From positions 1,696,001 through 1,760,000 of the forward strand of contig CAWEMM010000006.1 of the NCBI GenBank assembly GCA_963810095.1: 64,000 nucleotides of DNA. Reading direction: 5' to 3'. Below, in pieces: positions 54,031-64,000 of this stretch. The translations under genes were made by a program, and so were the position numbers. Each line of letters starts with the position of its first letter. Position 1 is the stretch's first letter. Origin of the DNA: an uncultured Chloroflexia bacterium. Lineage in GTDB: Bacteria > Chloroflexota > Anaerolineae > CG2-30-64-16. The notes under the pieces were generated by a model that did no database searches, was not told the DNA's origin, and saw only the letters and a program-made list of their open reading frames with translations.

Positions 54031-54855
54031 CTAGCCGGCGGCTTGCAGCGGCTGGGGCCGCTGCTGCGAACGCAACACCACCCAGATCACTACGAAATAC
54101 GCCAGGTAGGCCAGCGTCTCAAACAGGGCGGGGTTCGCGTTGTAGCCGAACAGCGTCTTGAGCAATAAGCCGAGCCCGGCCTGGTCGCTCAGCAGCGGGC
54201 CGATGTTGTAGAGCGGCTCTACGAGCGCGGGTACGACCCCGGCTTCGACCAGCTCGTGCATGCCGTACGCCACCATCCCCGCAGCAAAGACGATCAGCAG
54301 CAGACTCGTGATCCGGAAGAAGACCTTCAGGTTCAGCCGCACTGACCCGGCAAACAGCAGATACCCCAGGCCCGCTGCAAGCAGTAGCCCCGCCACCGCA
54401 CCGATGACCGTCTGCAGGCCGGAGGTGGCGAAGGTGGCGGCGACGAGGAAGAGCGCGAGCTCGATTCCCTCGCGGAACACGGCGAGGAAGGCCAGGAGGA
54501 ACAGGCTGACCTGGCTCCGCCGGCCTGGGCCGGTCGCGGTGCGAACGCCGGCGCTCAGCCGGCCTTGAATCTGGCCCCCTTCGCGCTGCATCCAGAAGAT
54601 CATCCAGGTGAGCACGGCAGCGGCCAACAACATCGTTGTGCCTTCGAATACCTGCGCCGCGGCGCCCTCGAATTCGGCGCCGATGGCATCCAGGCCGACG
54701 GCCACCAGGGCGCTGGCCAGCACCGCGGCGGCCACCCCGAGCCAGACAAAAACGATCCTGTCGCGGCGGCCCAGCCGGGTCAACGCTCCCAACACAATGC
54801 CGACAATCAGTGCGGCTTCCAACCCCTCACGAAGACTGAGCAAAAAAGCGGGCAT
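54031..54855 (-). CDS. FTR1/EfeU-family iron permease
   Basis: REGLE and REGIE motifs; TTGACA-16-TATACT promoter at 54982-54955. Confidence 0.92.
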   Translation of the reverse strand: MPAFLLSLREGLEAALIVGIVLGALTRLGRRDRIVFVWLGVAAAVLASALVAVGLDAIGAEFEGAAAQVFEGTTMLLAAAVLTWMIFWMQREGGQIQGRLSAGVRTATGPGRRSQVSLFLLAFLAVFREGIELALFLVAATFATSGLQTVIGAVAGLLLAAGLGYLLFAGSVRLNLKVFFRITSLLLIVFAAGMVAYGMHELVEAGVVPALVEPLYNIGPLLSDQAGLGLLLKTLFGYNANPALFETLAYLAYFVVIWVVLRSQQRPQPLQAAG

Positions 54856-54944
54856 CGCCCCTCTTTCTATCGACGCGTCGTTTGAGTAACTTGTCTCCCG
54901 CCTGTCACGCGCATAACGCGCGCGGCGGAAGATCGATACTGGCA

Positions 54945-55150
54945 GATGAATTAAAGTATATTGTTATTGCGAAAACTGTCAAAAATAGCGCGGGTAAGGC
55001 TATCCACAGGACCCGCGGAGCAGGTCGGGAAACGCAATACTAGATATAGGGGGTAGGGTCGACGGAAGTTGCAGGTGCGGTATCGGACGGCGGCTTATCC
55101 ACAATGCGAGGTAGTTATGCACAGAGAACCGGGGTGTTATCCACAAATCG
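54945..55150. other. Probable replication origin (oriC)
   Basis: DnaA boxes TTATCCACA (55095, 55137), TTATGCACA (55115), CTATCCACA (55000); AT-rich tract 54945-54987; directly downstream of dnaA. Confidence 0.7.
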
Positions 55151-55209
55151 TAGGCCGGAACGCCATTTATGTGGCGCCGGCCTACGACAAAAGCATCAAC
55201 GGTTGCGGG

Positions 55210-56700
55210 TCACCGGACCCGGATCGGCTCATAGAGGCGGTTGCGAAATGCACCAACGGTCTGCGCGAGATTCGGGTCCCGTTCCATCTCCGTAACTACC
55301 CGGTCGATGCCGTGCATGACGGTGGTGTGGTCCCGATCGAGAATCTGGCCGATTTGGGGGAGGGACGTCCCCAGTTCCTCGCGCATCACGTACATCACGA
55401 TTTGTCGGGGCAGAGCGATCTTTGCGCTGCGGCTGCGCCCGGTCAACTCGACGACCGGCACGGCGAAGAACTCCGCGGCGCTGTTGAGGATGGTTTCCGG
55501 GGTTAACTTGCCTTGCGCGGGCGCCAGGTAGGCCAGCGCTTCCTCCACGACGGACACACTGATGGGCCGGCGGAAGGTTTCGGCGTGGGCCACGACCTTT
55601 GTCAGCGCGCCTTCCAGGTCACGGATGTTGCGGTGGGCGCGCTGGGCAATCGCCAGGAGAACGTCGTCGGCGACATGGCGGCCCATGGACGCGGCCTTGC
55701 TTTGCAGAATCGCCACCCGGGTTTCCAGGTTGGGCGGCTGGATGTCGGCAATCATGCCCCAGGCGAAGCGGGACCGAAGCCGGTCTTCAAGCGTCGGGAT
55801 GGCCTGCGGCGCGCGGTCGCTCGTCATCACGATCTGCCGGTTTGACGAGTGGAGCGCATTGAAGGTGTGGAAAAACTCCTCTTGCGTCTGTTCTTTGCCG
55901 GCGATAAAGTGCACGTCGTCCAACAGAAGAACGTCGATGTTGCGGTATTTGGCCCGGAAGTCGTCCGTCGAGCCAGTGCGGATGGCGACGATCAATTCAT
56001 TCGTGAACACCTCAGACGTGACGTACAGCACACGCTGGCCTTCGAGTTGGACGGCATGTCCCACGGCCTGGAGCAGGTGGGTTTTGCCCAAGCCGCTGCC
56101 GCCGTAGATGAAGAGCGGGTTGTAGGCGGTGCCGGGGCGCTCTGCCACGGCCATCGCAGATGCGTGAGCCATCCGGTTGGCCGCACCCACGATGAAGCTC
56201 TCAAAATTATAGCGCGGATTCAACCCGGCGCTTTCTGCCGGGCCTGGTGATGGTGGCATGGTCCTGTTGAGGGGGGCGGCGTGGACCGGCTGAGCCGGCG
56301 ATGCCTGGGCCCCCGGCGCCTGCTCCACCTCGAGCAATGGGGCGGGACTTGGTTCAGGGCCATCGGAGACGGGCGTGGACTGAACGACAAAAGTAACGTC
56401 GACGGCACGGCCCACGATACTGACCAGTGTCGATTTGATCAGGCGGCGGAGCCGCAGCTGCAGCCACTCTCTGGCGTAGGCGTTATGGACTCCAATGATG
56501 AAAGCGCCGTCCTCGTGCGCGAGGCAGGTCGTATCCCGCACCCACGTGTCGTAGGTGCTTTGCGGCAGCTGCAGGCGCAGGTGGCTGCGGGCGATCTCCC
56601 AGATCTCCTTGGCGGAACGACTATCCGGGCTATCAGGCGCGTACATATCGCTTAACTCCAATACGTTGTCGGGACTCCAACGCTTCGGAACAAAAATCAC
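55210..56700 (-). CDS. dnaA: Chromosomal replication initiator (start 56700 or 56646)
   Basis: YNPLFIYGGSGLGKTHLL, LLLDDV, TQEEFFHTFN, RLRSRF, RDHTTVMH. Confidence 0.97.
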   Translation of the reverse strand: MIFVPKRWSPDNVLELSDMYAPDSPDSRSAKEIWEIARSHLRLQLPQSTYDTWVRDTTCLAHEDGAFIIGVHNAYAREWLQLRLRRLIKSTLVSIVGRAVDVTFVVQSTPVSDGPEPSPAPLLEVEQAPGAQASPAQPVHAAPLNRTMPPSPGPAESAGLNPRYNFESFIVGAANRMAHASAMAVAERPGTAYNPLFIYGGSGLGKTHLLQAVGHAVQLEGQRVLYVTSEVFTNELIVAIRTGSTDDFRAKYRNIDVLLLDDVHFIAGKEQTQEEFFHTFNALHSSNRQIVMTSDRAPQAIPTLEDRLRSRFAWGMIADIQPPNLETRVAILQSKAASMGRHVADDVLLAIAQRAHRNIRDLEGALTKVVAHAETFRRPISVSVVEEALAYLAPAQGKLTPETILNSAAEFFAVPVVELTGRSRSAKIALPRQIVMYVMREELGTSLPQIGQILDRDHTTVMHGIDRVVTEMERDPNLAQTVGAFRNRLYEPIRVR

Positions 56701-56914
56701 TCGTTATTCAACTCGCCCGCAAGAGGGCGAACGCGTCCAGACGCTTGTCGTTTAGGCAAGCGTTTGCTGTGCAAACGACCGAATACCGATCGACGATCTG
56801 CGACGGCGTAGAACGCCGCCTGCGGCAGAATAAGAGGGATGTCAGCTCGAACCGCCATCCGGGGGGGTTATGCAGCGGCGACAGCAGATGGCGTCTGGCT
56901 TCGTTGCGGGTGAG

Positions 56915-56943
56915 ATAATAGCACCGGCGCCATTCGGCGGCAA
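56915..56943 (-). promoter_or_regulatory. Candidate dnaA promoter
   Basis: TTGCCG-17-TATTAT with extended -10 TG. Confidence 0.45.
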
Positions 56944-57112
56944 GTCGGCAGTTCAAAGGCAAGTGCCGGGGCGGTAGCTACTTATGTATAACTGCCTCCA
57001 GCGCACGGCCGTGCTACGCGATATATGGGGGCCGGGTCTGGTTGCGCTACCGATTGTCGACCGGCGGGCGCCAGATTTCTCCAACCTTAAATATCCGGCC
57101 GCGTTTTTTTCG

Positions 57113-58636
57113 TTAAGGTTTGTTATCGTCAACCTGCAACTTGTAGATTTCCGCGTACTTGCGCGTCAGATAAGCGATGTAATCGCCCGTGCTTGGAGGC
57201 TTGCCCGTGGCCTCGAGAATCAGATCCTTGGGCCGGTAGAGCTTTCCATAACAGTGGATATGGTCGCGCATCCAGCGCAGGGGCTGGCTGAAGTCGCCCG
57301 TGGCCATCTGCCAGTCCAGATCGGGCACGTCTCGGCGCAGGGCCGCCTCGAGCTGAGCCGCGTACACAGTGCCGAGCGAGTAGGTTGGGAAGTAGCCGAA
57401 ATAGGCCCAGGACCAGTGGACGTCCTGGAGCACGCCCTCGCGATCGGTCGCCGGGGTAATGCCGAGATAGCGCTGGTACTGGCTGTTCCAGGCGTCGGGC
57501 AGGTCGGCCGGCCGAAGTGCGTCGCGGAACAGGTCCCGCTCGATCTCGAACCGCACCATGATGTGGAGATTGTACGTCACCTCGTCGGCCTCGACCCGGA
57601 TTAGGGAGGGGCAGACGTCGTTGACGAGGCAGTAGAAGTCCTCGAACTTGATGTGGTCGACCAGCCCCGGGAACTCCGCCTGGAAGCGCGGGTACCAGTA
57701 CTGCCAGAAAGCATGGCTGCGGCCGATGTTGTTCTCGAAGAAGCGGCTTTGGCTCTCGTGGATGCCAAGGCTCACCGTTTCGCCCAGGGGGGTGCCCTCG
57801 TGTTCCTCTGGTACGCCCTGGTCGTACATGCCGTGGCCCGCCTCGTGGATCGTGCCCATGAGCGACTGGAACGGCCAGAGCAGGTCGTATCTCGTGGTGA
57901 GGCGCACATCCTGGCGGCCGAAGCTGGTGGTGAACGGGTGGGTGGCGATGTCGAGGCGGCCCGCATCGTAGTCAAAGCCGAGGGCCTTCGTGACGGCCAG
58001 CCCCATGGCCTGCTGCCCCGCAATCGGGAACTCGGCCTTACGCAGCAGCGCCCCGTCGCCCTTCACGGGCGACGCCAGAATGCGCTGGAACAGCGGCACG
58101 AGATGCGTGCGCAGGTCGGCAAAGAAACCGTCGATGTCGGCCGTCGTCAGCCCGGGCTCGTACAGGTCGAGGAGCGCGTCGTACCGCTCGCCCTCCCATT
58201 CGAGGCGATCGGCAATCTCTCGGCTGAGCGCAATGAGCTCGCCGACAAGTGGTGCGAACGCGGCATAGCGATTGTTCGCACGAGCCTCCTGCCAGACGTT
58301 GTTGGCCTGTGCGGTTAGCTCGGCGCGGCGGCGGACGAGCTCGTGTGGCAGCTTGGTCGCCTGCGTGTAGTCGCGGCGCCATTCGCGCAGGTTTGCCCTC
58401 GGCCCGTCCGGCCAGTCACCCTGCTCGGCGGTGTCCAAGAGCTCGCCAATGCGGGGGTCGGCCTGCTTGCGGTGAGCCAGCTCCTGCAGGTACCCTGCCA
58501 TGACGGCCCGGTGGGCAATCCCGGCCGGGGGCATATTCACCCGCTGGTCCCACCCGACCAGCGCGTTGACCGAGCCGATGGTAAACAGTTCCTTCGAGCG
58601 CGCAACCAGTTCGTCGTAGGCTTCCTGTGGTTTCAT
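57113..58636 (-). CDS. M32 metallocarboxypeptidase
   Basis: HPF, DVRLTTRY, HEAGH, HESQS, IRVEADE, GVLQDVHW, GYFPTY. Confidence 0.95.
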   Translation of the reverse strand: MKPQEAYDELVARSKELFTIGSVNALVGWDQRVNMPPAGIAHRAVMAGYLQELAHRKQADPRIGELLDTAEQGDWPDGPRANLREWRRDYTQATKLPHELVRRRAELTAQANNVWQEARANNRYAAFAPLVGELIALSREIADRLEWEGERYDALLDLYEPGLTTADIDGFFADLRTHLVPLFQRILASPVKGDGALLRKAEFPIAGQQAMGLAVTKALGFDYDAGRLDIATHPFTTSFGRQDVRLTTRYDLLWPFQSLMGTIHEAGHGMYDQGVPEEHEGTPLGETVSLGIHESQSRFFENNIGRSHAFWQYWYPRFQAEFPGLVDHIKFEDFYCLVNDVCPSLIRVEADEVTYNLHIMVRFEIERDLFRDALRPADLPDAWNSQYQRYLGITPATDREGVLQDVHWSWAYFGYFPTYSLGTVYAAQLEAALRRDVPDLDWQMATGDFSQPLRWMRDHIHCYGKLYRPKDLILEATGKPPSTGDYIAYLTRKYAEIYKLQVDDNKP

Positions 58637-58648
58637 GGTTCTCTGCCC

Positions 58649-60331
58649 CTATTCGTTGCCGCCAGCTGCGCCTAACATGGGGATTTTAACCCCCATTCGC
58701 CGGGCGGCCGCGATGGCCTCGGGGTAGCCCGCGTCTGCATGGCGCGCAATCCCCATGCCCGGGTCCGAAGTGAGCACTCGCTCGAGCCGCCGCGCGGCTG
58801 CGGGCGTGCCGTCGGCCACGATCACCTGGCCGGCATGCTGGCTGTAGCCGATCCCGACGCCGCCCCCGTGATGGAAGCTGACCCAGGTGGCGCCGCCCAC
58901 CGCATTCACCAATGCGTTGAGGATTGGCCAGTCTGAGATGGCATCGGAGCCGTCGCGCATAGCCTCAGTTTCGCGGTTCGGGCTGGCGACGCTGCCGGCG
59001 TCGAGATGGTCCCGTCCGATGACAATGGGCGCCTTGACGCGGCCCGCCGCGACTGCTTCGTTAAACGCCAATCCGGCCCGGGCGCGTTCCCCGTATTTGA
59101 GCCAGCAGATGCGTGCGGGCAACCCTTGCCACGCAATGCGTTCGCGGGCCATGGTGATCCAGCGCCGCAGGTGTTCATTGTCGGGAAACAGGTCCAGGAT
59201 GATCCGGTCGGTCTCGTAAATGTCCTCGGGATCGCCGCTCAGCGCGACCCAGCGGAACGGGCCCGAGCCCTCGCAGAAGAGGGGCCGGATGTACGCCGGC
59301 ACAAAGCCGGGATAGTCGAAGGCGTCTTTCACGCCATAGTCAAAGGCGCGCTGGCGCAAGTTGTTGCCGTAGTCGAACACGACGCTGCCCGCACGCTGGA
59401 AGGCCAGCATGGCGCGGACATGGTCGGCCATGCTGGCCATCGCGCGTTCCTGGTAGCCCGCCGGGTCGGCGACCCTCATAGCGGCGGCCTGGTCAAGCGT
59501 CATCCCGGCCGGGATATAGCCCAACAGCGGATCGTGGGCGCTCGTTTGGTCGGTCACCACGTCGGGGCGCACCCCACGCGCGACCAACTCGGGCAGCACT
59601 TCCGCGGCGTTGCCGAGCAAGCCGATCGACTTGGCCTCGCCCCGGGCTGCCGCTTCTTCGGCCCACGTCATGGCCTCTTCGAGGCTATCGGTCGCCACGT
59701 CGAGGTAGCGGTGCTGCAGGCGGCGGTCGATGCGCCACCGGTCGACCTCGACCACCACGGCCACGCCCCCATTCATCGTGACTGCCAGCGGCTGCGCGCC
59801 CCCCATCTCGCCGAGGCCCGCGGTCAGCACGACCTTGCCCTGGAGAACCCCGGCATCGTGGGACCCCCAGCCGTGCAGCCGGCCCAGGCTGCCGAAGGTT
59901 TCGTAGGTGCCCTGCAGGATGCCCTGCGTCCCGATATAGATCCAACTGCCGGCGGTCATCTGGCCGTACATGATCAGCCCGGCCTTTTCCCACTCGTCGA
60001 AGTTGGCCTGTGTGGCCCAGTGGGGCACGATGTTGGAGTTGGCGATGAGCACCCGCGGTGCGTCCTCGTGGGTGCGGAACACGACAACCGGCTTGCCCGA
60101 CTGCACGAGGAGCGTTTCGTCCGGCTCGAGATCGCGCAGGCTCTGCAGGATGGCATCGTAGCACGCCCAGTTGCGTGCGGCGCGGCCGCGGCCGCCGTAC
60201 ACGATCAGGTCGTCAGGATACGCCGCGACCTCAGGGTCCAGGTTGTTCTGGATCATGCGGTAGGCGGCCTCGATGAGCCAGTTCTTGCACGTCAGTTCGG
60301 TCCCGCGGGGTGCGCGAATCACTCGGGCCAT
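58649..60331 (-). CDS. hutU: Urocanate hydratase
   Basis: [46 protein letters not shown]. Confidence 0.97.
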   Translation of the reverse strand: MARVIRAPRGTELTCKNWLIEAAYRMIQNNLDPEVAAYPDDLIVYGGRGRAARNWACYDAILQSLRDLEPDETLLVQSGKPVVVFRTHEDAPRVLIANSNIVPHWATQANFDEWEKAGLIMYGQMTAGSWIYIGTQGILQGTYETFGSLGRLHGWGSHDAGVLQGKVVLTAGLGEMGGAQPLAVTMNGGVAVVVEVDRWRIDRRLQHRYLDVATDSLEEAMTWAEEAAARGEAKSIGLLGNAAEVLPELVARGVRPDVVTDQTSAHDPLLGYIPAGMTLDQAAAMRVADPAGYQERAMASMADHVRAMLAFQRAGSVVFDYGNNLRQRAFDYGVKDAFDYPGFVPAYIRPLFCEGSGPFRWVALSGDPEDIYETDRIILDLFPDNEHLRRWITMARERIAWQGLPARICWLKYGERARAGLAFNEAVAAGRVKAPIVIGRDHLDAGSVASPNRETEAMRDGSDAISDWPILNALVNAVGGATWVSFHHGGGVGIGYSQHAGQVIVADGTPAAARRLERVLTSDPGMGIARHADAGYPEAIAAARRMGVKIPMLGAAGGNE

Positions 60332-60353
60332 CGTAATCCTCCTCGGCGAAACG

Positions 60354-60404
60354 AGACCTTCGAGGTTGCGCCGCCTTCGGCGGCGGTCGAAACCTCGAAG
60401 GCCT
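60354..60404. repeat. REP-like hairpin between glnA and hutU
   Basis: AGACCTTCGAGGTT...AACCTCGAAGGCCT; related copies at 63554-63585 and about 54008-54024. Confidence 0.65.
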
Positions 60405-60413
60405 GGCGATGCG

Positions 60414-61833
<1,420 letters not shown>

Positions 61834-61978
61834 ACTGCCTCCTTTGGCTGTATCGTTATCCGCGCGTCGTTGCGCGGGGGATTCAGAACTTACAGGAAGA
61901 ACCGACGAACCTGAGGTTCACGAAGCGTAAAAGGGCCGGGCCCAACTTCGGTTCTTGGGTTCTTCGTGTTTGCTTCAC

Positions 61979-63535
61979 CTACTCGCAGAGCACCTCGGCC
62001 ACGGCCCGACTGATGCTGCCGCCTGCAACCAGCTCGTAGACTGCATTCATGTGCGGGTACATCACCTCGTCGCGCTCGATGAACGGCACACGCGCGCGAA
62101 CAAGCTCGTACGTCACCTTCGTACCACAGCCTTGTTCGGCGCCAGGCATGACTTGCCGGCGGAAATCCAGCCCTTGCGCGGCAGCCAGCAGCTCGATGGC
62201 GACGATCCGTGCCACGTTTCCGATGATCTGGCGCGCACGGCGGCCCGCGATGGGACCGTTGGAGACGTGGTCCTCCCAGTTGGCCGAGGTGGGGATGGTG
62301 TCGGCGCTGGCCGGGTGGACGAGGGTCTTGTTCTCCGACGCAAGGGCCGCGGCGGTGTACTGAACCAGCATAAAGCCGGAGTTGAGCCCGCCTTGGGTCG
62401 TGAGGAAATCGGGCAGCGCGGTCCGGTTGCTGCAGCCATCCGTCAGGCGCGTCACCCGGCGCTCGGACATGTTGCCCAGGTCTGCCATGCCCAGGCCGAG
62501 ATAGTCGAACGCGATGGCGAGGGGTTCGCCGTGGAAATTGCCGCCGCTGATCGCAATGGCAGCCCCGTCGGGCTCGAAGAAGATCAGGGGGTTGTCCGTC
62601 GCGCTGTTCAGCTCGATCTCCACCACCCAGCGGGCGTACTTGATCGCGTCGCGGCATGCGCCGTGCACCTGGGGGATGCAGCGCAGGGTGTACGCGTCCT
62701 GCACGTCGGGGTGGTCGGGCGGGCGCACAAAGGTGGAGCCGCTCAGCAGGCGGCGCATGGACGCGGCGGAATCGATCTGCCGGGGGTGGGGGCGGGCGGC
62801 GTGGAGCCGCTCGTCAAGCGCCCAGAGCGTGCCGAACAATGCCTCGGTGCTCAATGCCCCGACGGCGTCGGCGCAGAGCGCCACGTTCTCCGCTTCGACC
62901 ACCGCAAGACAGCCCAACGCGGCCATCAGTGCGGTGCCGTTGGTCAGGGCGAGGCCCTCTTTCGCCTCGAGGGTGACCGGGGCCAACCCCGCCCGGCCGA
63001 GCGCTTCCGCACCGGGCAGGCGCTCGCCGGCGAACTCGGCTTCGCCCAGTCCGATGATGACGAGCGCAATGTGGGCCAGGGGCGCAAGGTCACCGGATGC
63101 GCCCAGGGAGCCCTGGCACGGCACGACGGGATGCACGCCGCGCTCGAGCATGTCAAGCAGCAGGCGGAGCGTCTGCACCCGGATCCCCGAATGGCCCTTC
63201 GCAAGCGTGTTGGCGCGGATGAGCATCATGGCCCGCACGAGGGCTCTTTCCAGCGGCTCGCCCACCCCAACCGAATGCGACATAACGATGTTGCGTTGCA
63301 GCTCGCGCACTTGGTCGGGCGGGATGACGCGATCCTTGAACGCGCCGAAGCCGGTGGTAATCCCGTAGATGATCCGCCCCTGGCTCACGAACTGCTCGAC
63401 TGCGGAGCGGGCCGCCTGCACGCGTGCTTCGGCGCCTGGCGTCAGGGCGATGCGCACGCTGCCTGCGCCGGCCTGCGCGACGTAGAGCACGTCTTCGATG
63501 GTGAGGCTTTCGCCGTCCAGTTCGAGTTGAAACAA
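61979..63535 (-). CDS. hutH: Histidine ammonia-lyase
   Basis: YGITTGFG, MSHSVGVG (SH pair typical of HAL), MIO motif GASGDLAPL, QDAYTLRC, SGGNFHG. Confidence 0.95.
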   Translation of the reverse strand: MFQLELDGESLTIEDVLYVAQAGAGSVRIALTPGAEARVQAARSAVEQFVSQGRIIYGITTGFGAFKDRVIPPDQVRELQRNIVMSHSVGVGEPLERALVRAMMLIRANTLAKGHSGIRVQTLRLLLDMLERGVHPVVPCQGSLGASGDLAPLAHIALVIIGLGEAEFAGERLPGAEALGRAGLAPVTLEAKEGLALTNGTALMAALGCLAVVEAENVALCADAVGALSTEALFGTLWALDERLHAARPHPRQIDSAASMRRLLSGSTFVRPPDHPDVQDAYTLRCIPQVHGACRDAIKYARWVVEIELNSATDNPLIFFEPDGAAIAISGGNFHGEPLAIAFDYLGLGMADLGNMSERRVTRLTDGCSNRTALPDFLTTQGGLNSGFMLVQYTAAALASENKTLVHPASADTIPTSANWEDHVSNGPIAGRRARQIIGNVARIVAIELLAAAQGLDFRRQVMPGAEQGCGTKVTYELVRARVPFIERDEVMYPHMNAVYELVAGGSISRAVAEVLCE

Positions 63536-63582
63536 GGGGTTTCTCCCGGAAATGGACCTCCGAGGCCTTCAGAACCCGGAGG

Positions 63583-64000
63583 TCAGTCCTCGCCCGCCGC
63601 GGCCAGGCGCGCGCGTTCGATCATGTCGCGGGTCGCGGGCAGCAGGGGGTACGCGTCCAGTTCCTCCACGGGCACCCAGCGCAACTCCGCCGCGTCGTCG
63701 CCGATGGCAACATCGCCGCCGACGTAGGTCGCCAGGTAATCGACCACGACATAGTGGTAGCGGATACGGCCGTCGTCGTCGCGCACGATGGGCTCGAACA
63801 CGCCCAACAGCGGCCCCACGCTGACCTCGATGTTGCACTCCTCGCGCACCTCGCGGGCTACGGCCTGAATGAGCGTCTCGCCGACATCGACGAGGCCGCC
63901 GGGCAGCGACCAGGAGCCTTGCGCGGGCGGCTGGCCGCGGCGCTCGAGCAACACGGCGCCGGCGCGCCACACTACTGCACCCACGCCAACCATGGGCCGC
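63583..64000 (-). CDS. NUDIX hydrolase (5' end beyond the window)
   Basis: RPMVGVGAVV; Nudix-box-like GGLVDVGETLIQAVAREVREE. Confidence 0.9.
   Translation of the reverse strand, partial: RPMVGVGAVVWRAGAVLLERRGQPPAQGSWSLPGGLVDVGETLIQAVAREVREECNIEVSVGPLLGVFEPIVRDDDGRIRYHYVVVDYLATYVGGDVAIGDDAAELRWVPVEELDAYPLLPATRDMIERARLAAAGED

Noticed and set aside
54961-54985. Fur box upstream of the FTR1 permease
   Set aside because: AT-rich but only a weak match to GATAATGATAATCATTATC; cannot be supported from the sequence alone.

Overview
High-GC bacterial chromosome segment, inferred from gene content and protein styles to be Chloroflexota (Anaerolineae/Caldilineae-like). 1-21.4 kb: a surface-glycan locus (split Wzm/Wzt ABC exporter, Wzx flippase, pyruvyltransferase, TylF-type methyltransferase, five soluble GTs, three GT-C-like membrane proteins) around a strongly expressed four-repeat secreted S-layer-like protein. 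21.5-36 kb: psuG, a dnaJ-like / aeRF1-like / clpC cluster, a LysM lipoprotein, kbl, a STAND-LuxR regulator and hppA. 36-57 kb: the origin region (rnd, rpmH-rnpA-yidD-yidC-jag, parAB, selB, phoU, a DnaA-box cluster, dnaA). 57-64 kb: M32 peptidase and hutH-glnA-hutU. Eight 1-2 nt frameshifts look like long-read errors. No CRISPR, rRNA, tRNA or transposase was seen. Best novel candidates: (1) a strand-complementation surface-display system, in which a C-terminal LWLPLVLR tag on a secreted enzyme matches the lead strand missing from repeat 1 of the S-layer-like protein; (2) a structured attenuator-like RNA upstream of clpC. All calls come from reading motifs; no searches were run.
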